Positions 44,161 to 59,294 of a stretch of 64,000 bases of DNA are shown here, piece after piece. How positions within the stretch are numbered: position 1 is the first letter of the stretch; the number at the start of each line of letters is the position of its first letter. Under the pieces are notes generated by a model, which saw nothing but the letters and a program-made list of their open reading frames with translations, did no database searches and was not told the DNA's origin. Made by a program: the position numbers and the translations under genes. The DNA comes from the human T2T-CHM13v2.0 reference genome, Homo sapiens, in NCBI RefSeq assembly GCF_009914755.1, contig NC_060932.1. The stretch is one strand, 5' to 3'.

Positions 44161-46015
44161 CATCCCCTATCTGCAAGAATTCAGTAGATGTGAACTAGTC
44201 ACCCTTATGTTGGTGGAGGGAATCACCTGGGAGAGGCTAGAGCACTCAACATGACCAAAGAACACCAAAGTGCGCCAAAGAAATATGTCTAGCAGTAGTG
44301 TATTCATTTGAATTCTGTTACAACAGAAGAATTCAGGGGTCTCCCTTCATTTGTTCAGGAAATTCTACCTGTGAGTGTTCAGTTTGCCAGCAAGCAATGA
44401 TTATTAATTTAGAAGATGCCAAAAGCAATTATCTGCTGGAGAACTCCAGTTAGACCACCCAAGTTCAAACACTGGCTCCAGTGGTCACCAGTTCTGGGAC
44501 CTTAGGTAGGTAAGGTCATCATTGTCTGTAACCCTTAAGGTTTTTAGCTATAAAACAGATAATAGTATCATATTCACAAGCTGTTGTGAAGATGAGATGA
44601 GAAGATCCATGTATGATGCTTGGCATGTAAGATGTCTGGCATACGGTAAACAAAAAACGTCTGCTCCTATCACCAGATCCATCTTCGTCACCAACACCAC
44701 CAGCATCATTAAGGTTATGATGACGTGAGATAATACATGACAGCACTTTATTAAATATAAATCTCCATACAAATGTTAGTTAGCGCTCAGTAGGAATACT
44801 TAGGACAAACGTCTCAAATGAACCTGTTTTCAACAGTTACATAGAATACATTCCCTGGAAGGGACAGCCTCTTATGATTTAAGACTCTTTATAAAGGAAA
44901 CACACAAAACCTAATTAGCAGAATTCCTAAGAGCTATTTCTCTGTTCAGCACAGAAGACAAAATTCAGTCTTCACCAATAAAAAATTTTAGTAAGCATCA
45001 CATACAGATTCTGCCCCCAGCCCCACCCGCCGCATACCTTCCAAATCTCAGTCCTTTTTCTCAGCCTTGCTTTCACTATTCCAGAAGAGGGCACCCACAT
45101 GCAAGGCAGTGCCATGGAAAATGACCCAAACTCACTGTATGAGTCGGGGAGTCTGCATTTGCTCCTGAGGCACTGGCTTCCAACATAACAACTGTACTTT
45201 TCACCCATGTAGGGGTTCAAACGTTTCTAGGGGCATGATGCAGGTTTTCACTTTTTGTTTTATTTACTTATTTATTTATTTTCCTATACTAAGTTGCTGC
45301 TCTTGTGGGATAGCTCTCACATGAGAATGTAATATGTGCAAGTCAATGTTAATAAACCCATATTATAATCATTTCAAATGAATAATTTGCAAAGAAACTC
45401 TTACTGGATATCCAGCTTTAGAAATAGAAATACATTTAGATGCAAACAAATGTATATGCTCATTGTTTGCATAGAAGCTTCTTTGGGCAAGGTAGGATCA
45501 GTGAGCCCCATTTCCGGTGGACAAGACAGGAAGAGTGACTCACTTACAGTCTGACCAACTCATTTTTCTGGAGTCTTCTTAAGATGCCATTGGACATTCT
45601 GTCTGAATTTCTGTCAGGTTGAATTAGTATCAGTGTATATGCACTGGACATCAGAAGCTGGGCAGCAAAAGGCGGCACAAAGCACAAAGTAGACATGCCT
45701 TATGTGGATAAGAACTACAATTTTCATATCTTAAACAGTTTGTTTAGTGTTTATGTTAAAGAGCTGGGTACCCACACCACCACCAGTCCTTAGAATACTC
45801 ACTTCCTGTCTAGTGCACAGGTAAAATATACTTATAAATATGAATTTAGTTTGATCAAATACTCTCCTTTCTTGATTAGGTAATAAATGCTACAATCTAG
45901 CCAGGGAATATTAGAGAAGTTCTGGCCTCCCATTGCTCCCACCCCCTTTTCTCTTCTAACTCTTCCATCTTCTGGGATACAAGAGGCTGAACAAATATTT
46001 TCTATGGTTATATAA

Positions 46016-46416
<401 letters not shown>

Positions 46417-48685
46417 TAGCACAGGCGTTGCTGTGTTTCTCTTTGGCGTGTTTGGAACTGCGTATCTGTTCTGCAGTGTCCCTCTCCTGCTGACACACCC
46501 ACTGACGACATGGCCGTACCGTCTCACCTTGCACATAACTTCTACTTTCTCTTTATGCACGCTACAGGCAGTTTCTACAGCAGCAGCCTGACAACATATC
46601 CTCTCTACACTGAGTTTCCCCTAAGTGCTACCTACTACAACTACACTGAAAGCTGCTCTATGCGATATAGGGAAGGTTTCTTGGATTCACTTAATTTTGT
46701 GTGCAATGTTAAAAAAGAGGAAAGAATTAGTACCCTGGCAAGAATACAAGGAGTAAGACCCTCCCCTTAGGAAATAAAATCCTATCTCTGTCACTTCCTG
46801 CTTTCATCTCTTTAAAATATTCCAGCTCCCCTGGAGACAGATCCAAAGGGTCATCTTCATCTGGGGCTATGGGATTAACAGGGGACGTTTCCACTCTTTA
46901 GTACCCAATATGAATGAATTAGTAATAATATCAATAAATATTTTGTCTTAACATATTTTTATGAAGAATTCCAGAATGTTTACTCTGTTTAATACACTAT
47001 TTTAAGCACTTTATACTAACTCACTTAATGCCCTTGACCTTACGATAGGTACTTCCATCATTCCCATTTTACAAAAAAGGAAACTGAGGTATGGTGCAGT
47101 TAAATAACTTTGCCATGACCATTCTGCCAGCAGGAGGTAAAGCTGGGATTGGGGCTCAGCAATGGCGGCTGCAGTTGTGCATTCAGCCTCTTAACTAATA
47201 AGCTATGTGGCTTTCTAACCGATATTACTACAGGTTATACTGCACGCATAACTTTGGTGTATATAGGAACAAACATTTCTACTTTTTAAAGGACATCTGT
47301 ATATGTGTTTACTATGGTTGCATAATTAAGTATACACAACCAAACCTGCACAAATTTTCACTCCAATTATTTATTTAAACATTGACTATGTGCCAGCACA
47401 TTTCTAAGTGCTAGGGGTGCAGCCTTGCCCTTGTGGACTTTTACCTTCTAATAAGAGAGAGAAACAATAAAATACATGAAGAGTTTTCCCTCTGTTCCTG
47501 CCTTTCACCCTCCCACAAATATCTGAACATGTTACGACTCACACACTGTTCCAGGTAAATATTAGGTCTAATAAAGCATCAACAGATGAAAGTCCTTGCT
47601 TTCAAGGAGTTTACACTCAGACAGTGACATTCATAAGTGCCTTGGAGATAAATATAGCTAGGTATGCAAGAGGAGAGGGAGGGGTTGCTATTTTATTCAC
47701 AGCACTCAGAAAGTACCATGTGAGTAGAAAATAGAAGGAACTGAGGATGTGGCTTTGCAAGCTATCTTCAGATCATTTCAAACAAATGCAGGCCTGGGCA
47801 AGATGGCGTTTGGTAAGTTTTAAGTGATGGCCCAGAGGAGCCTCCATGGCTGGAGAGGAGTGAGCAAGGGGAAGAGGAGTTAAAGAGTCCCAAGGAAGGC
47901 CTGAATTCACTTACAATTTCAAAGTAGTCAATCACTTGGAAGCTTCAAAATTAACTGCCGATTCTCCAACATCCACAATCGGAGAAGGTACAACAATTTA
48001 CAAAAGGTTATTAGTATCATATATGTACTTTAGACACATGTTAGCTTCCAAAGTTCGTGGGCTGTTTCGCAGTTCCCCCTGTAATTCTGCAGTACCTCTC
48101 CATGACCATCACATCATCTAAGGGTCCAGACTCTTATCAATCACCTAATTCACCCTGTAGGTCATGGATTCAGAGCATACTCTCCCCAGCACTGTGCCCC
48201 GAGGGCTAGTCTGTGATTTTTCTAAGGCTGAATCCTTATCTTAATGAAATTTCTAACACAGCACCTTGGATAATGGCTGGGCTTTAACATACGCTCAGTA
48301 CAACTGTCCTAAATCAAATTGCAAGAAGCTTAAAGGAAAAGTCAAACAACTGTGTACTCATCTCAATGCAGCTATCAACTTGAGTAGAAGATGCCCAAAA
48401 GCAGTAATTCAAATGTTTTCTTTCATGAATCTGTATACAAAGCTGAAAGTTTCTGAGTTTTATTGTAAGCAATTTCCTTATTACGGAATCTAGAGACTCT
48501 GATCAGCGGAAATCATCTGCCAATGAGCTCTCTCTATGTTGCAGATCTTTTAATGCTTATCCCTTATTGTTGCCAAATGGGGAGCAACGTGAAAAAGTGG
48601 CAAAAGCAAAGTGGACAGAATGCAGCGGTGAAGAGGGGAAGGTCTTCAGCTCTTAATATCTAACCTAAGAAAACTAAAACCATGA

Positions 48686-49021
<336 letters not shown>

Positions 49022-50341
49022 TACGTTACCTTTATGGAAGACAACTATTGTTGTCAGTTTCTACACTTTTAAACTAGTTTTTCCTTCCCTTCATTTATTA
49101 TATTTTAAAGTAGGGAGCTACTTTTTTTTTTTAGGGAGCTATACATGATCTTACTTTGCCCTTTGATTTCACACTAGCGCCTCCTAGAACCAAACTACCT
49201 GTAAGGCGAGGAGGGTGAGCGCTGTGTTCTTTAATGTGAATTAGATGTTATCTGCCATCTAACTTAATCTCAAAGTGTTTGGTATTTTAAGACTGAAATC
49301 ATGGCATTTTGGAGGTAAAAAGAGGTTAGTGACATAAGCTGGAACAGATTCAGTTATTGGGCACAAGACAGGACAATCTGCTCTGCAAATAAACTGAGAA
49401 TTAAAGAGACCCAGTAGACAACAAATTTAGTGAATAATGTCCTCTCCATACCCCCCCAACAACCAGCAAAAAAAGGAAAGAAATAATGAAGAGTCTTTAA
49501 AATCAGTTGGGAAGAAAAACATTGCATTTTCTGGCTTTCTAAAATGTGACAAGGCCTTTACATTTATAATCTTATATTAGTGACAGTCAGAACCTCCTAA
49601 CAGATTGTTAGAGTAAATTTAAATAGGAATCCCCTTGGACTGATAAATGGGGGCAGGTGGGTTGGGGGGAAAAGTCATCCCTGCCAGGGCTCACAGGTAA
49701 ACAAGCAGAATTCAGGGCATGTCTGCCTGTTACATCAGAGACCCTTGATGTGATCCAGAGGAATTGTGGAGTAATCTGGACAAGCACCTACCTCTAGGCC
49801 ACAAGGACTTAAGAAAGTGAACTGGAGAACTTCCCGGCAAGACTACCTAACGACTGTTCATATCAAAACAACTGGTACCCAGAGACAGAACTCCTGACTC
49901 CAAATCCAACACTTTTTGTCCACTGCACCATTGTATACAGCAGAGATGACAAGGTAAACAGCTGTTGACAAAGCCAGGCTTTCCAGAGGGTAGGTTTAGT
50001 CCACAAATACTTTGACAAGTATTTTTCAAGGAAACTAAAAAAGACAGAGTCTAAAGGAGAGGATAAAGTAACAGGCAGCACAAACCAGCTTGAATCACCA
50101 AAAAGAATCCTTCAGAACCAGATCATGAGCCTTCATGAAGGGAGGGGATGAGGACAGAAGCAGCCAGAGATGCTACTCAATAGAAACAAAAAAAGCCCTC
50201 CCCAAACTCTTCCCCTGAACCTCTCCAGAGGGATAAGGCAAAAGTGCTGTTTTTGGCAAAACTATGTAAATACAAATTCATATTTCATTAGTTCCTAGAC
50301 ACATTTTTTAAATATTTCAAATTCTTTAAAATTAGAATGGA

Positions 50342-50641
50342 TTTTTTTTTTTTTTTTTTTTGAGATGGAGTCTCACTCTGTCGCCCAGGCTGGAGTGCAG
50401 TGGCGCAATGTTGGCTCACTGCAACCTCCGCCTCCAGGGTTCATGTGATTCGCCCACCTCAGCCTCCTGAGTAGCTAGGACTGCAGGCGCCCACCACCAC
50501 GCCCAGCTAATTTTTGTCTGTTTAGTAGAGATGGGGTTTCACCGTGTTGGCCAGGATGATCTTGATCTCCTGACCTCGTGATCTGCCAGCCTCGGCCTCC
50601 CAAAGTGCTGGGTTTACAGGCGTGAGCCTCCGCACCCAGCC
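50342..50641 (-). mobile_element. Alu (AluS-like)
   Basis: Antisense Alu, TSD agaatgg. Confidence 0.92.
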
Positions 50642-51142
50642 AGAATGGTTTTCTCATGCATCAACCAGTGTGAACCCTGGCAGCCAGGTGGCTGTCAGAC
50701 TTTTATTACCTGTGCACAACGCAAAATTATACTGTTGGTTTAATCTTGATTTAATTGATGTTTACAGTGTCTTCAAAAAGATGCTATAAAAGGTACTGAG
50801 ACAAAAGTATTATTTATGCAGGCAAGCATTGAGAATATGCCAAAGTCATTTGTATGTAAAAATCTGTAAGTTTAAGAATTATTAGAAACTCCAAGAGAAA
50901 GCACTGTGTCATAGTTAATTGCTGGCATTTTTTTCCTTTTTTTTTTTTTTTCTTGATTTTGTATTTAACACCATTTTCTCCAAGTGAAATGGCATATTCT
51001 TTTCTGGCAGTAGCAGAAAATATATGAAAATATACTTTTAAATATGTAAAATATAAAATATAATAAATTAAGATACTGACTTATCTCCCAATCAATAGTA
51101 TCTTAGATTCAAAAAATTTGATGTTGTTTGTTTTCACTAGTA

Positions 51143-51491
51143 CTGTCATCCCTTGGTATCTGTGGGGTACTGGTTCTAGAACACTCCCCTACAAAATACC
51201 AAAATCCATGGATGTTCAAGTCCCTGATATAAACTGGCACTCAGTATTTAAATATAACCTATATACACTCTGCTGTATACCTTAAGTCATCTCTAAGCTA
51301 CTTTTAATACCTAGACAATGTAAATGCTATGTTAATAGTTGTTATACTTTATTGTTTGGGGAATAATGACAAGAAAAAAATACGAACATTCTCAGTAGAG
51401 ATGCAATCATTTCTTTTTTTTTAAATCTATTTTCCATCTCCAGTTGGTGGAAACTGCCAATGTGGAACCCACAAATACAACAGTCTGCTGT
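51143..51491. mobile_element. MER2 (Tigger-family MITE)
   Basis: ctgtcatcccttggtatctgtgggg...gtggaacccacaaataca; TA flanks. Confidence 0.75.
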
Positions 51492-51529
51492 ATGCAGTTG
51501 CCTTAAAACTCAGTAACATTTAATTCTGG

Positions 51530-51821
51530 TTTTCTTTTCTCTTTTGAGACAGCATCCTGCTCTATCACCCAGGCTGGAGTGCAGTGGCGGAACTGCAGCC
51601 TCAGCCTCCTGGGCACAGGCAATCCTCCCTCTTCAGCCTCCTGAGTAACTGGGACCACAGGTGTGAGTCACAATGCTCAGCTAATTTTTAAAATGTTTGT
51701 AGACACAGGGGCTCATGATGTTGCCCAAGCTAGTCTCGAACTCCTGGACTTAAGTAATTCTCCTACCCCAGCCTCCCCAAATGCTGAGATTATAAAAGGC
51801 ATGGAGTCACTGCACCCAGCC
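51530..51821 (-). mobile_element. Alu (AluJ-like)
   Basis: Diverged antisense Alu. Confidence 0.88.
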
Positions 51822-52451
51822 TAACGTTTAATGTTTAAAAACAAGATTTTATTCTGTTTATTTTCATTTATAGGTCATGACATTCAAACAATGACGGCAT
51901 AAAAATTCCTTCTGCTTTGGGCAAAACAAGGTATTTTGAAATTCTTTTTTTTTTTTTGACATTTAATTCTAAAGTTTTATGGCCAATTCCTCAAACAAGA
52001 CCATTCAAAAAGCTACAGAAATTCTCTCTATTCAACGCCTTTTAAAATGCTATTTTTCAGTGTAGCTAAATGAGAATGATATTTTGTAAGCACTGCTATT
52101 ATTAGAGACTAAGAATACATTTGAGATTATTATTAGAATTTTACTTTTTCATTTTCCAAAAAAACATAATACCAGGTTCCAAAAAGCTGCACCTTGAGAT
52201 TAGAGGTAACTATTCCTCATGAAAAAAAATTACAGGTTGGATGAAATTTGCGTGAATTAGTTAAGACCAGTATTTATAATCAAGGCCTAACAAAATTACA
52301 AGCTCTTGAGTTTTTCCTAACAAAACTGAATAATATTGTTTCTCATTTGTGACCAGTTTCTATGGAAATGAACAATATTCCAGCTAATTCAAACACTGCT
52401 GCAGATAATATTAAATAGCAATGTCATTTTAATTCCAAAATTTTGACCCCC

Positions 52452-52453
52452 AC

Positions 52454-52490
<37 letters not shown>

Positions 52491-52637
52491 CCCAATAACA
52501 AAGCTCCAATTCCAGGTGGCTCTTAAACTTCTATACCCATGGCTTCAAATAATAATTTTGATTTTAAGTCATAATTTAGCCTCTCACTTCAAGTGTTTTG
52601 AGAAGGGAATACCCACACACACATGCACACACATGCA

Positions 52638-52668
<31 letters not shown>

Positions 52669-52670
52669 CA
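52452..52670. repeat. Two (CA)n microsatellites (52452-52488, 52613-52670)
   Basis: Directly visible. Confidence 0.9.
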
Positions 52671-54538
52671 AATGGTTGCTTAGAGGACAACCTCCATCCT
52701 AAGAAAAAATAAGACTGGCAAGTAATCGAGTTCTTTAACTTCTAAGCCCCCGACTGCAGAGTCACAATGCACCTTAGTACCCTTAGCAAAGACAATAAAG
52801 ACGTAAAAGTCCTTCAGAAAAGAAAAAAAATTTTCTTTGTTTCACCACCTTGATAATTTTTTGTTTACTTCCTATTTACTTTCTATCTTTTCTACATGCA
52901 ACACACTCTTTGTGAAACAGGCATTCCAACTTTTGCTAAGCTATTAGATTTACACAATAAGGTTTTTTTCTACACAGAAACTTTGGTTGAGAAGGGGCCA
53001 TGGGAAGGTCTTGTACATGATACAAAGAAATATCCTAAGAAGAAGTATGATGAATAGCCCTAAATAAAGTCTGTCCTGTGTCCCATCCAGTTCTCCAAAG
53101 GACATCATTCAGGCATCACTTGATAGCAGAACCAACCTGTGTTGTTCCTTTAGTAGTAGTACAGTCCATCCCCGGGAGTGTGTTCCAAGTACCCCTTCAC
53201 CACCCCCTAAGCTGGACAAACATACTCTTAAGAGCAATACTCCACCTGGTGCGAGAATAAAGTAGAATCATCCTCAAATTCAACTCTTAAAATGGCAAAA
53301 GTCTGTGACCTGGCTGTGATGTCCTGTGTCAAACTGTCCCTCCTACGCCAATATCTCCCTAGCGACAGTCTCTGCCTCCTGACCTAAATGACATAAGCTA
53401 TCAGTGTGAACCACTAAGCAATTCCCAACTATCTGCCTCAAGAAGCTGCATATCAGAGATGAACTCAGAAAACAGCTTGCACTCATGTTTTATGACTTTC
53501 AGAGAACACTGACATTTCAGAATGAAATTCACCACGGAAAAGTCATATGCTGACCTCCCTAGTATATTAACCCCATGTACATCTCATCTTCTCAAATAAA
53601 AAAATCCATGTCAGATGACCAGGTTCAGGTATTTTAAAGTTTACAGCACAAGAATATTTGCTTAAATGTGCTTCTCCTAGGTCCTGGCACTACCTCACTC
53701 CCATCCAGCACATGTGCTCACTCCAAAAATGGCAAGCCGATCCAATCAATCAGCTCTTGAAGTTTCAATTTAAGCTCCATTCTTTAATATTATTTCTAAA
53801 GCATATAATAGATAATATTAATCTGGTTTTATAAAGAAGGAGGAAAAGGGAGAATGGAGAGACAGGAAAAAAAAAAAAAAACCTTATCACTTCAATAACT
53901 AGAAAAGCATACCTGAAGCCAAAATAGACCTGCCAGTCTGGAACTTCCCCTCAGAGGATACACTCCTTTCTTCGGAGTCTGCAGAAAATAAAATGCACTT
54001 TGGCACCATTCTTCAAGCTCGCTTTAAAATTTCTCCTTCAACTATAATCAAGTCATCTAGACAGTCTAAGTTTTACATTTTGAATTCCTATCATTGGAAC
54101 TAGGGCTGATAAAATAAAAACTAAACATCCTTTAAATCAGTTAAAAGATCTTTACCCTAGCCACTCAAAATAAGAACAAAATACAAGTAAAGTGGCAATA
54201 ATAGCAAAGGCGTGAATTCTCCCCTCCCCTTTATTCACTAGAGGTATGAAAAGTCCTGCCCTATTGATGATCAAACCGCCTTCTGGGTCCTGCCACAAGA
54301 GATCCTGAATTCCGCAACTTATCATTGAATTCTGCAATGTCACCAGCTGCAAGTCACCCAAGAGATGACGTTTCTACACCTTGTCACACAGTACTGTCAC
54401 ATGCTAGTCACTCCATAGCAACTAAAATACTTGCAGATGTAACTCTCATTGATACCATTTAAAACTTGCCTAAGTTTTTGGGAAAATGAGGACACCATAC
54501 CTCCTCTCTCCTTACAATTACACATGGTGCTTCATCTT

Positions 54539-54540
<2 letters not shown>

Positions 54541-54587
<47 letters not shown>
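54541..54587. repeat. (CA)n microsatellite
   Basis: Directly visible. Confidence 0.95.
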
Positions 54588-54588
<1 letters not shown>

Positions 54589-54668
54589 CATTCCATGTTC
54601 ACAAGTGTTTCCTAATACGCTGACAAGGCGGCCTAGAAAGCACTATAAACTTAGTGGAGAAAAAGTGA

Positions 54669-54950
54669 GGTCAGGCATGGTAGCTCAAGCCTGTAATCCC
54701 TGCACTTTGGGTGGCTGAGGCGGGAGGATTGCTCAAGCCTAGGAGTTCGAGACCAGCCTGGACAACACCGTGAGACCTTGCCTAAATAAAACAAATTTCC
54801 AGGCTTATCTGTACATGTCTGCAGTCCTGCCTACTTGGGAGGCTGAGGCGGGAAGAGCACGTGAGCCCAGGACTTTGAGGCTACAATCAGGTATGATCAT
54901 GCCACTGCACTCTAGCCTGGGTGACAGACATGGCCGTGTCTCTAAGAAAA
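54669..54950 (+). mobile_element. Alu (AluJ-like)
   Basis: Diverged dimer. Confidence 0.85.
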
Positions 54951-56653
54951 TCAGTAACTTTTTTAAAGTGAGACCCAGGCTATGTCAATTTTCCAAAGAC
55001 ACAAAGATACTTAGATATAAAGTTAGAATTAACCACATGTATCTGTCTTCAGTCCTAGAGTACCTTCCACAGTAAACATTCCACTGCCCTTATATAGTTG
55101 AAAGGAAGGCAACATGGTGAAGAGAAAAGAAATGATAAATTTGGAGGCTCAAGCCGACCAAAGTTCAGGTCTCAGCTCTAAATTATGTCACCTTTCTCAT
55201 CCTTAGTTTCCTCATCTGTAAATACTAAGGATCAGAACACCTGCCTTACAGGGTTACTGTGGGGATTAAACAAAATCAGTAACTCAAAATTAGGTATTAG
55301 TCTTAAGATATTTAAGACTTTAATGGTTTCTGCTTCCCAGAATTCTTGATTTTACAAAATAGAAATAGAAAAATTAAATTCTGCGCAATTCCCAGAATAA
55401 ATTCAGGGGCCATCTATCACTGGCTAAGGCATACACTTTATTATCTATGGTAAATGCTACAAAGAAATGTGTAGTGTTTGGGGGAAGCAGTGAATAAAAA
55501 CAGAGATCAAGATGGCTTTGTCAACACCTGACTGCGATACAGATAACTAGAAGAGTCAAATTAGATCCCTAGGCAGAGTATCAATAACACACAGTACTTC
55601 AGCCAGCGTGCCAGGGCATACACGAGTCCAGCATCATCCTTTTAGTCAAGTATTTGAACAAACAAGAGGACAAGAATTGCCCTCTTTCCATAAGTCCCCC
55701 CAAAACAGTATTCTATAAAACCCTAGTGTGCTCTAGGCTCTGAAAAATCAAAGCTATAAAAAAATACACACATACAATGTTTTAACTTTCCAGCATTTCT
55801 CAGATTTATTTGACTATGAATCATTTTGTACCTAAACAGAATTTGAAAAACCCTGCCTTTCTGCAATACTACAATATACTAGTGCAGTCCCTGAAACTTA
55901 TGTGTGTATTAGAACTACATGGGAAATTGTTAGAGGCAACTTTAGGTCCCATCTCAGACCTAAAGTTTGAGAACCCAAAAGTTAGTTATATTTCAAAAGG
56001 CATCCTAAGTTCTAAACAAATTTAGAAAACTACTGCACCAGTAGGTTTTTAGAGTTGTCAGTTGTGAAGACCACCAGACTCTCCAAATTCAGTGTCTGTA
56101 AGAGTCACCTGGGAAGCTTGTTAAAAACACACATGGCCAGGTACCACCCCCAAGAGTCAGATTCACAGGTTCTGGGGTGCAACCCGGTTTGAGAATCACA
56201 AATGGTCTAACTAGGCATTCAGTGTCCACTGGCTATAAGCATCCTCACCGTAACTACCTTGTATTTTATTAGAGGATAAATAATAATTAGGGATATGAGT
56301 GTTGAGGGGAAGAGAATCCTATTCACTGGTACAAATTAACTCAGAGGGTTTCAGTATTTTGAATGAAGATGATTTCTTCTTTTTCCAGTCCCAGCTCAAA
56401 GGAGAGGATGATTTAAGAAATTATGATTCATACTTTGAACATTACTGTTTTAACTGATCAATATTTTCAATGGACTGAGAACAACCTGTGAAAATCTGAT
56501 CTCTTCCCTAACCTCCACACGCAACTCATTGCTGGCTTTAAAAGCATTAGCAAAATCAGCACATCCCACAGGGATCTATGTAGTCGATTCACAGTCTCTT
56601 CATTTGATCAGAATCAAGTTCTTCCGTATTTCCCCCTACAGCAAAAAGGTCCT

Positions 56654-57144
56654 GGGATGGTTAATTTTACGTGTCAACTTGACTGGGCCACAGGATATCT
56701 AGACACCTGGTTAAACATTGTTTCTGGGTGTGTTTGTGAGGCTGCTTCTAGAAGAGATGAGCGTTTGAGTGGTGGACTGAGTAAAGCGGATGGCCCTCCC
56801 CAATGTAGGTGGGTATCATCCAAAGCCCAAAGGCCTAAATGAATAAAAGGGTAGACAAAGTCTGAATTCAATCTCTTCCTGACTGCTAAACTGGGACATT
56901 TCTCTTTTCTGCCCTCAGAGCTCCTGGTTCTCAGGCTTTCATACTCAGACTACAATCTAAATTATCAGCTCTCTGTCGCTCAGGCCTTCCAACAACACCA
57001 GAGGCTTCCCTGGGTCTCCAGCTCGCAGATGGCCGATCGTGGGACTTCTTGGCCTCCGTAATCACGTGAACCAATTCCCTATAATGAATCTCATGATAGA
57101 TAGATAGCACCTATTGATTCAATTTCTCTGGAGAATCCTGTTAC
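56654..57144 (+). mobile_element. MLT2 (ERVL) solo LTR
   Basis: gatggttaattttacgtgtcaacttgactgggcc start; tctctggagaatcctg..aca end. Confidence 0.85.
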
Positions 57145-57650
57145 AATTACACTACTCTCTACATGAACTGGACCCAAAGAGAATTGTATCAGTAGCAATT
57201 TCCCTTCTAACTTGCCTAGTCCAACTTACTATATGGCTCATCAAACAGCACATCTTATTACTTTATTATTACCTTATATTCCCTGTGATGTAAATAAGAT
57301 TATTCCTCAAGATCTTTTGTATCTTTCCCTTGGGAATATAAATTGAAATGTTACCATCAAAGAAGGAAAGAGTCATATTACCTACAGCTGATTTGGGAAC
57401 ATCTACTGTGTTATCTTTGAAGTTTGAAGAATGCATGTCAGCCTCCATAAGTTTGGCAAAGGCCCTTTGGAAAGGCTTGAAGGTTTTGTTTTTGATTTTT
57501 AAAAATCTAATTATGGCTATAAACACCCAGGATCAACTTTCATTTTGTACTCAACACTGAGATGAATATTTCTAAAGCCAGAGGCAGTGTACTTTCTACC
57601 TTTCAAATGTACTGTAAGTCCTGGGCCTTAAGTGCTATAATATAATTAGT

Positions 57651-57767
57651 ACCAGCTCATACCAAAGTGATATCAATGGTATGATAATATTATCAGCTCA
57701 CACCAAAGTGATATGAATGGTATGATAATAGTATCAGCTCATACCAAAGTGATATGAATGGTATGAT
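57651..57767. repeat. 41-bp minisatellite, about 2.9 copies
   Basis: Unit atcagctcataccaaagtgatatgaatggtatgataatagt at 57651, 57692 and 57733. Confidence 0.92.
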
Positions 57768-58783
57768 GGTTCTGACATTGTTTCGTACCAATATTAATGT
57801 CACAGTTAAGAGCAGCAGCTTAAGAGGAAAACAAAGTTCTCTCACTGATATCAGTTACCAAGCATGCATCCACACCTCCTGCTGGGCACCATATGAATAA
57901 AGAGCAAAATACAGCTCCCTATACCCAGAACTTCATAGTCTAGAGAGTGAACACAAACTCTGCACAGAAAACTATATGCAAGACAGAAATAATGGACCAA
58001 CTAGTGCTTCAATGGGAAAAGGTTACACCACACACAACCCTGAACCAAAATGTGGCATTTACCAGGTGGAGAGAAAGGAAAGAAAAGTTTTCCCAGCACC
58101 AGGGATAGGTCACAGAAGACAGAGACGTGTAAGACTGAATGGCTTGTCCAAAGCAGTGCAAGAGCCAATGTCACTAGACTACAGGGTGCGAAGATGGGGC
58201 AGTCAGAGAGGGGCGTGGAATGCTTAGGCAAGGGAGCTAGGAAAAGACTTTAAGTGGGTACGAAAAATGGCCAGATTCAAGAGCGGTAACTAGGTGGTAT
58301 TATGGAAGGTGACTGGATTAAATAGATAGATTAAATGAATTGGAATTTATAAAGTGCTTAAAGCAGTATCTGGCAAGTAAGTGCTATGAGAGTGTTTTTT
58401 AAGAGGGTGAGACTGAAGATGGGGGTAGGTCCAGTTAGCAGACTCCTGCAAGGGTCGAGGTGACAGATGAGAAGGATTCCATGTAAAGTAATCAATACAG
58501 GGTGGATGGAGCAGGATTGTGAGTAAAAAAGTAAAACTGGTTGAATTTGAGGCCAATTATATATGAGAGATGAAGAAGAGGGAGGACTCAAGGTAGACTT
58601 CAAGGTTTCTGACTTGAACACCTTGGTGAATCATAGTGCCTTTAGCCAACCTTTAAGCAACACAAAGATAAGCCAGACTTTTAGGAAGGCAGCAGATTAA
58701 AAAAAAAAAAAAGAAGCAAAAGCTAGTATTTCACAACACTTAAATCATTTGGGTCTCATAAACTCCATACAAGGTAGACAATT

Positions 58784-58812
58784 TATATATACATATACAT
58801 ATATATAATATA

Positions 58813-58846
<34 letters not shown>
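58784..58846. repeat. (TA)n tract
   Basis: Directly visible. Confidence 0.9.
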
Positions 58847-58855
<9 letters not shown>

Positions 58856-59294
58856 TACAAAAAAAATGAGGTTAATGAGCTATTCCCTGAATTGCATAAT
58901 TAAAAGTTGCAGGCAGCAGAGCTACAAGCTATGTCCTCTGGCTCCTTGGCTCATGGTAATTTCCATGTCACAGATTTGCCAAAGGAAACATATCATCCTC
59001 ATACTCCAGCTTTCTACTTTTTCTCCTAAGCCAACTATAGAAAGCAGCCAAAAATCCACCCAAAAAATGACTTTAGTTTTATAGTTGCTGGTTCTTCCAT
59101 TGAAGGCTTTGTTGTACCTCCTTATTAGTAATGGGAAATACCCACAAACATTCAAGACTCAAGTTCATTTATACGTTACAGCAACAACCAAGTGACCACA
59201 TTCAAGCTTCGATACAAGAAAGCCATCTTACTCACAATTTTTTTTTTAATTCTCTTGACAAAAGGTATTTTTTACGATGAAAAGTCAAACTACT

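Noticed and set aside
43686-44163. 157-aa minus-strand ORF
   Set aside because: Overlaps L2-like purine-rich sequence; no recognisable domain or splice support.
57651-57767. CRISPR-like palindromic direct repeats
   Set aside because: No unique spacers, no cas genes, eukaryotic context; it is a simple tandem repeat.
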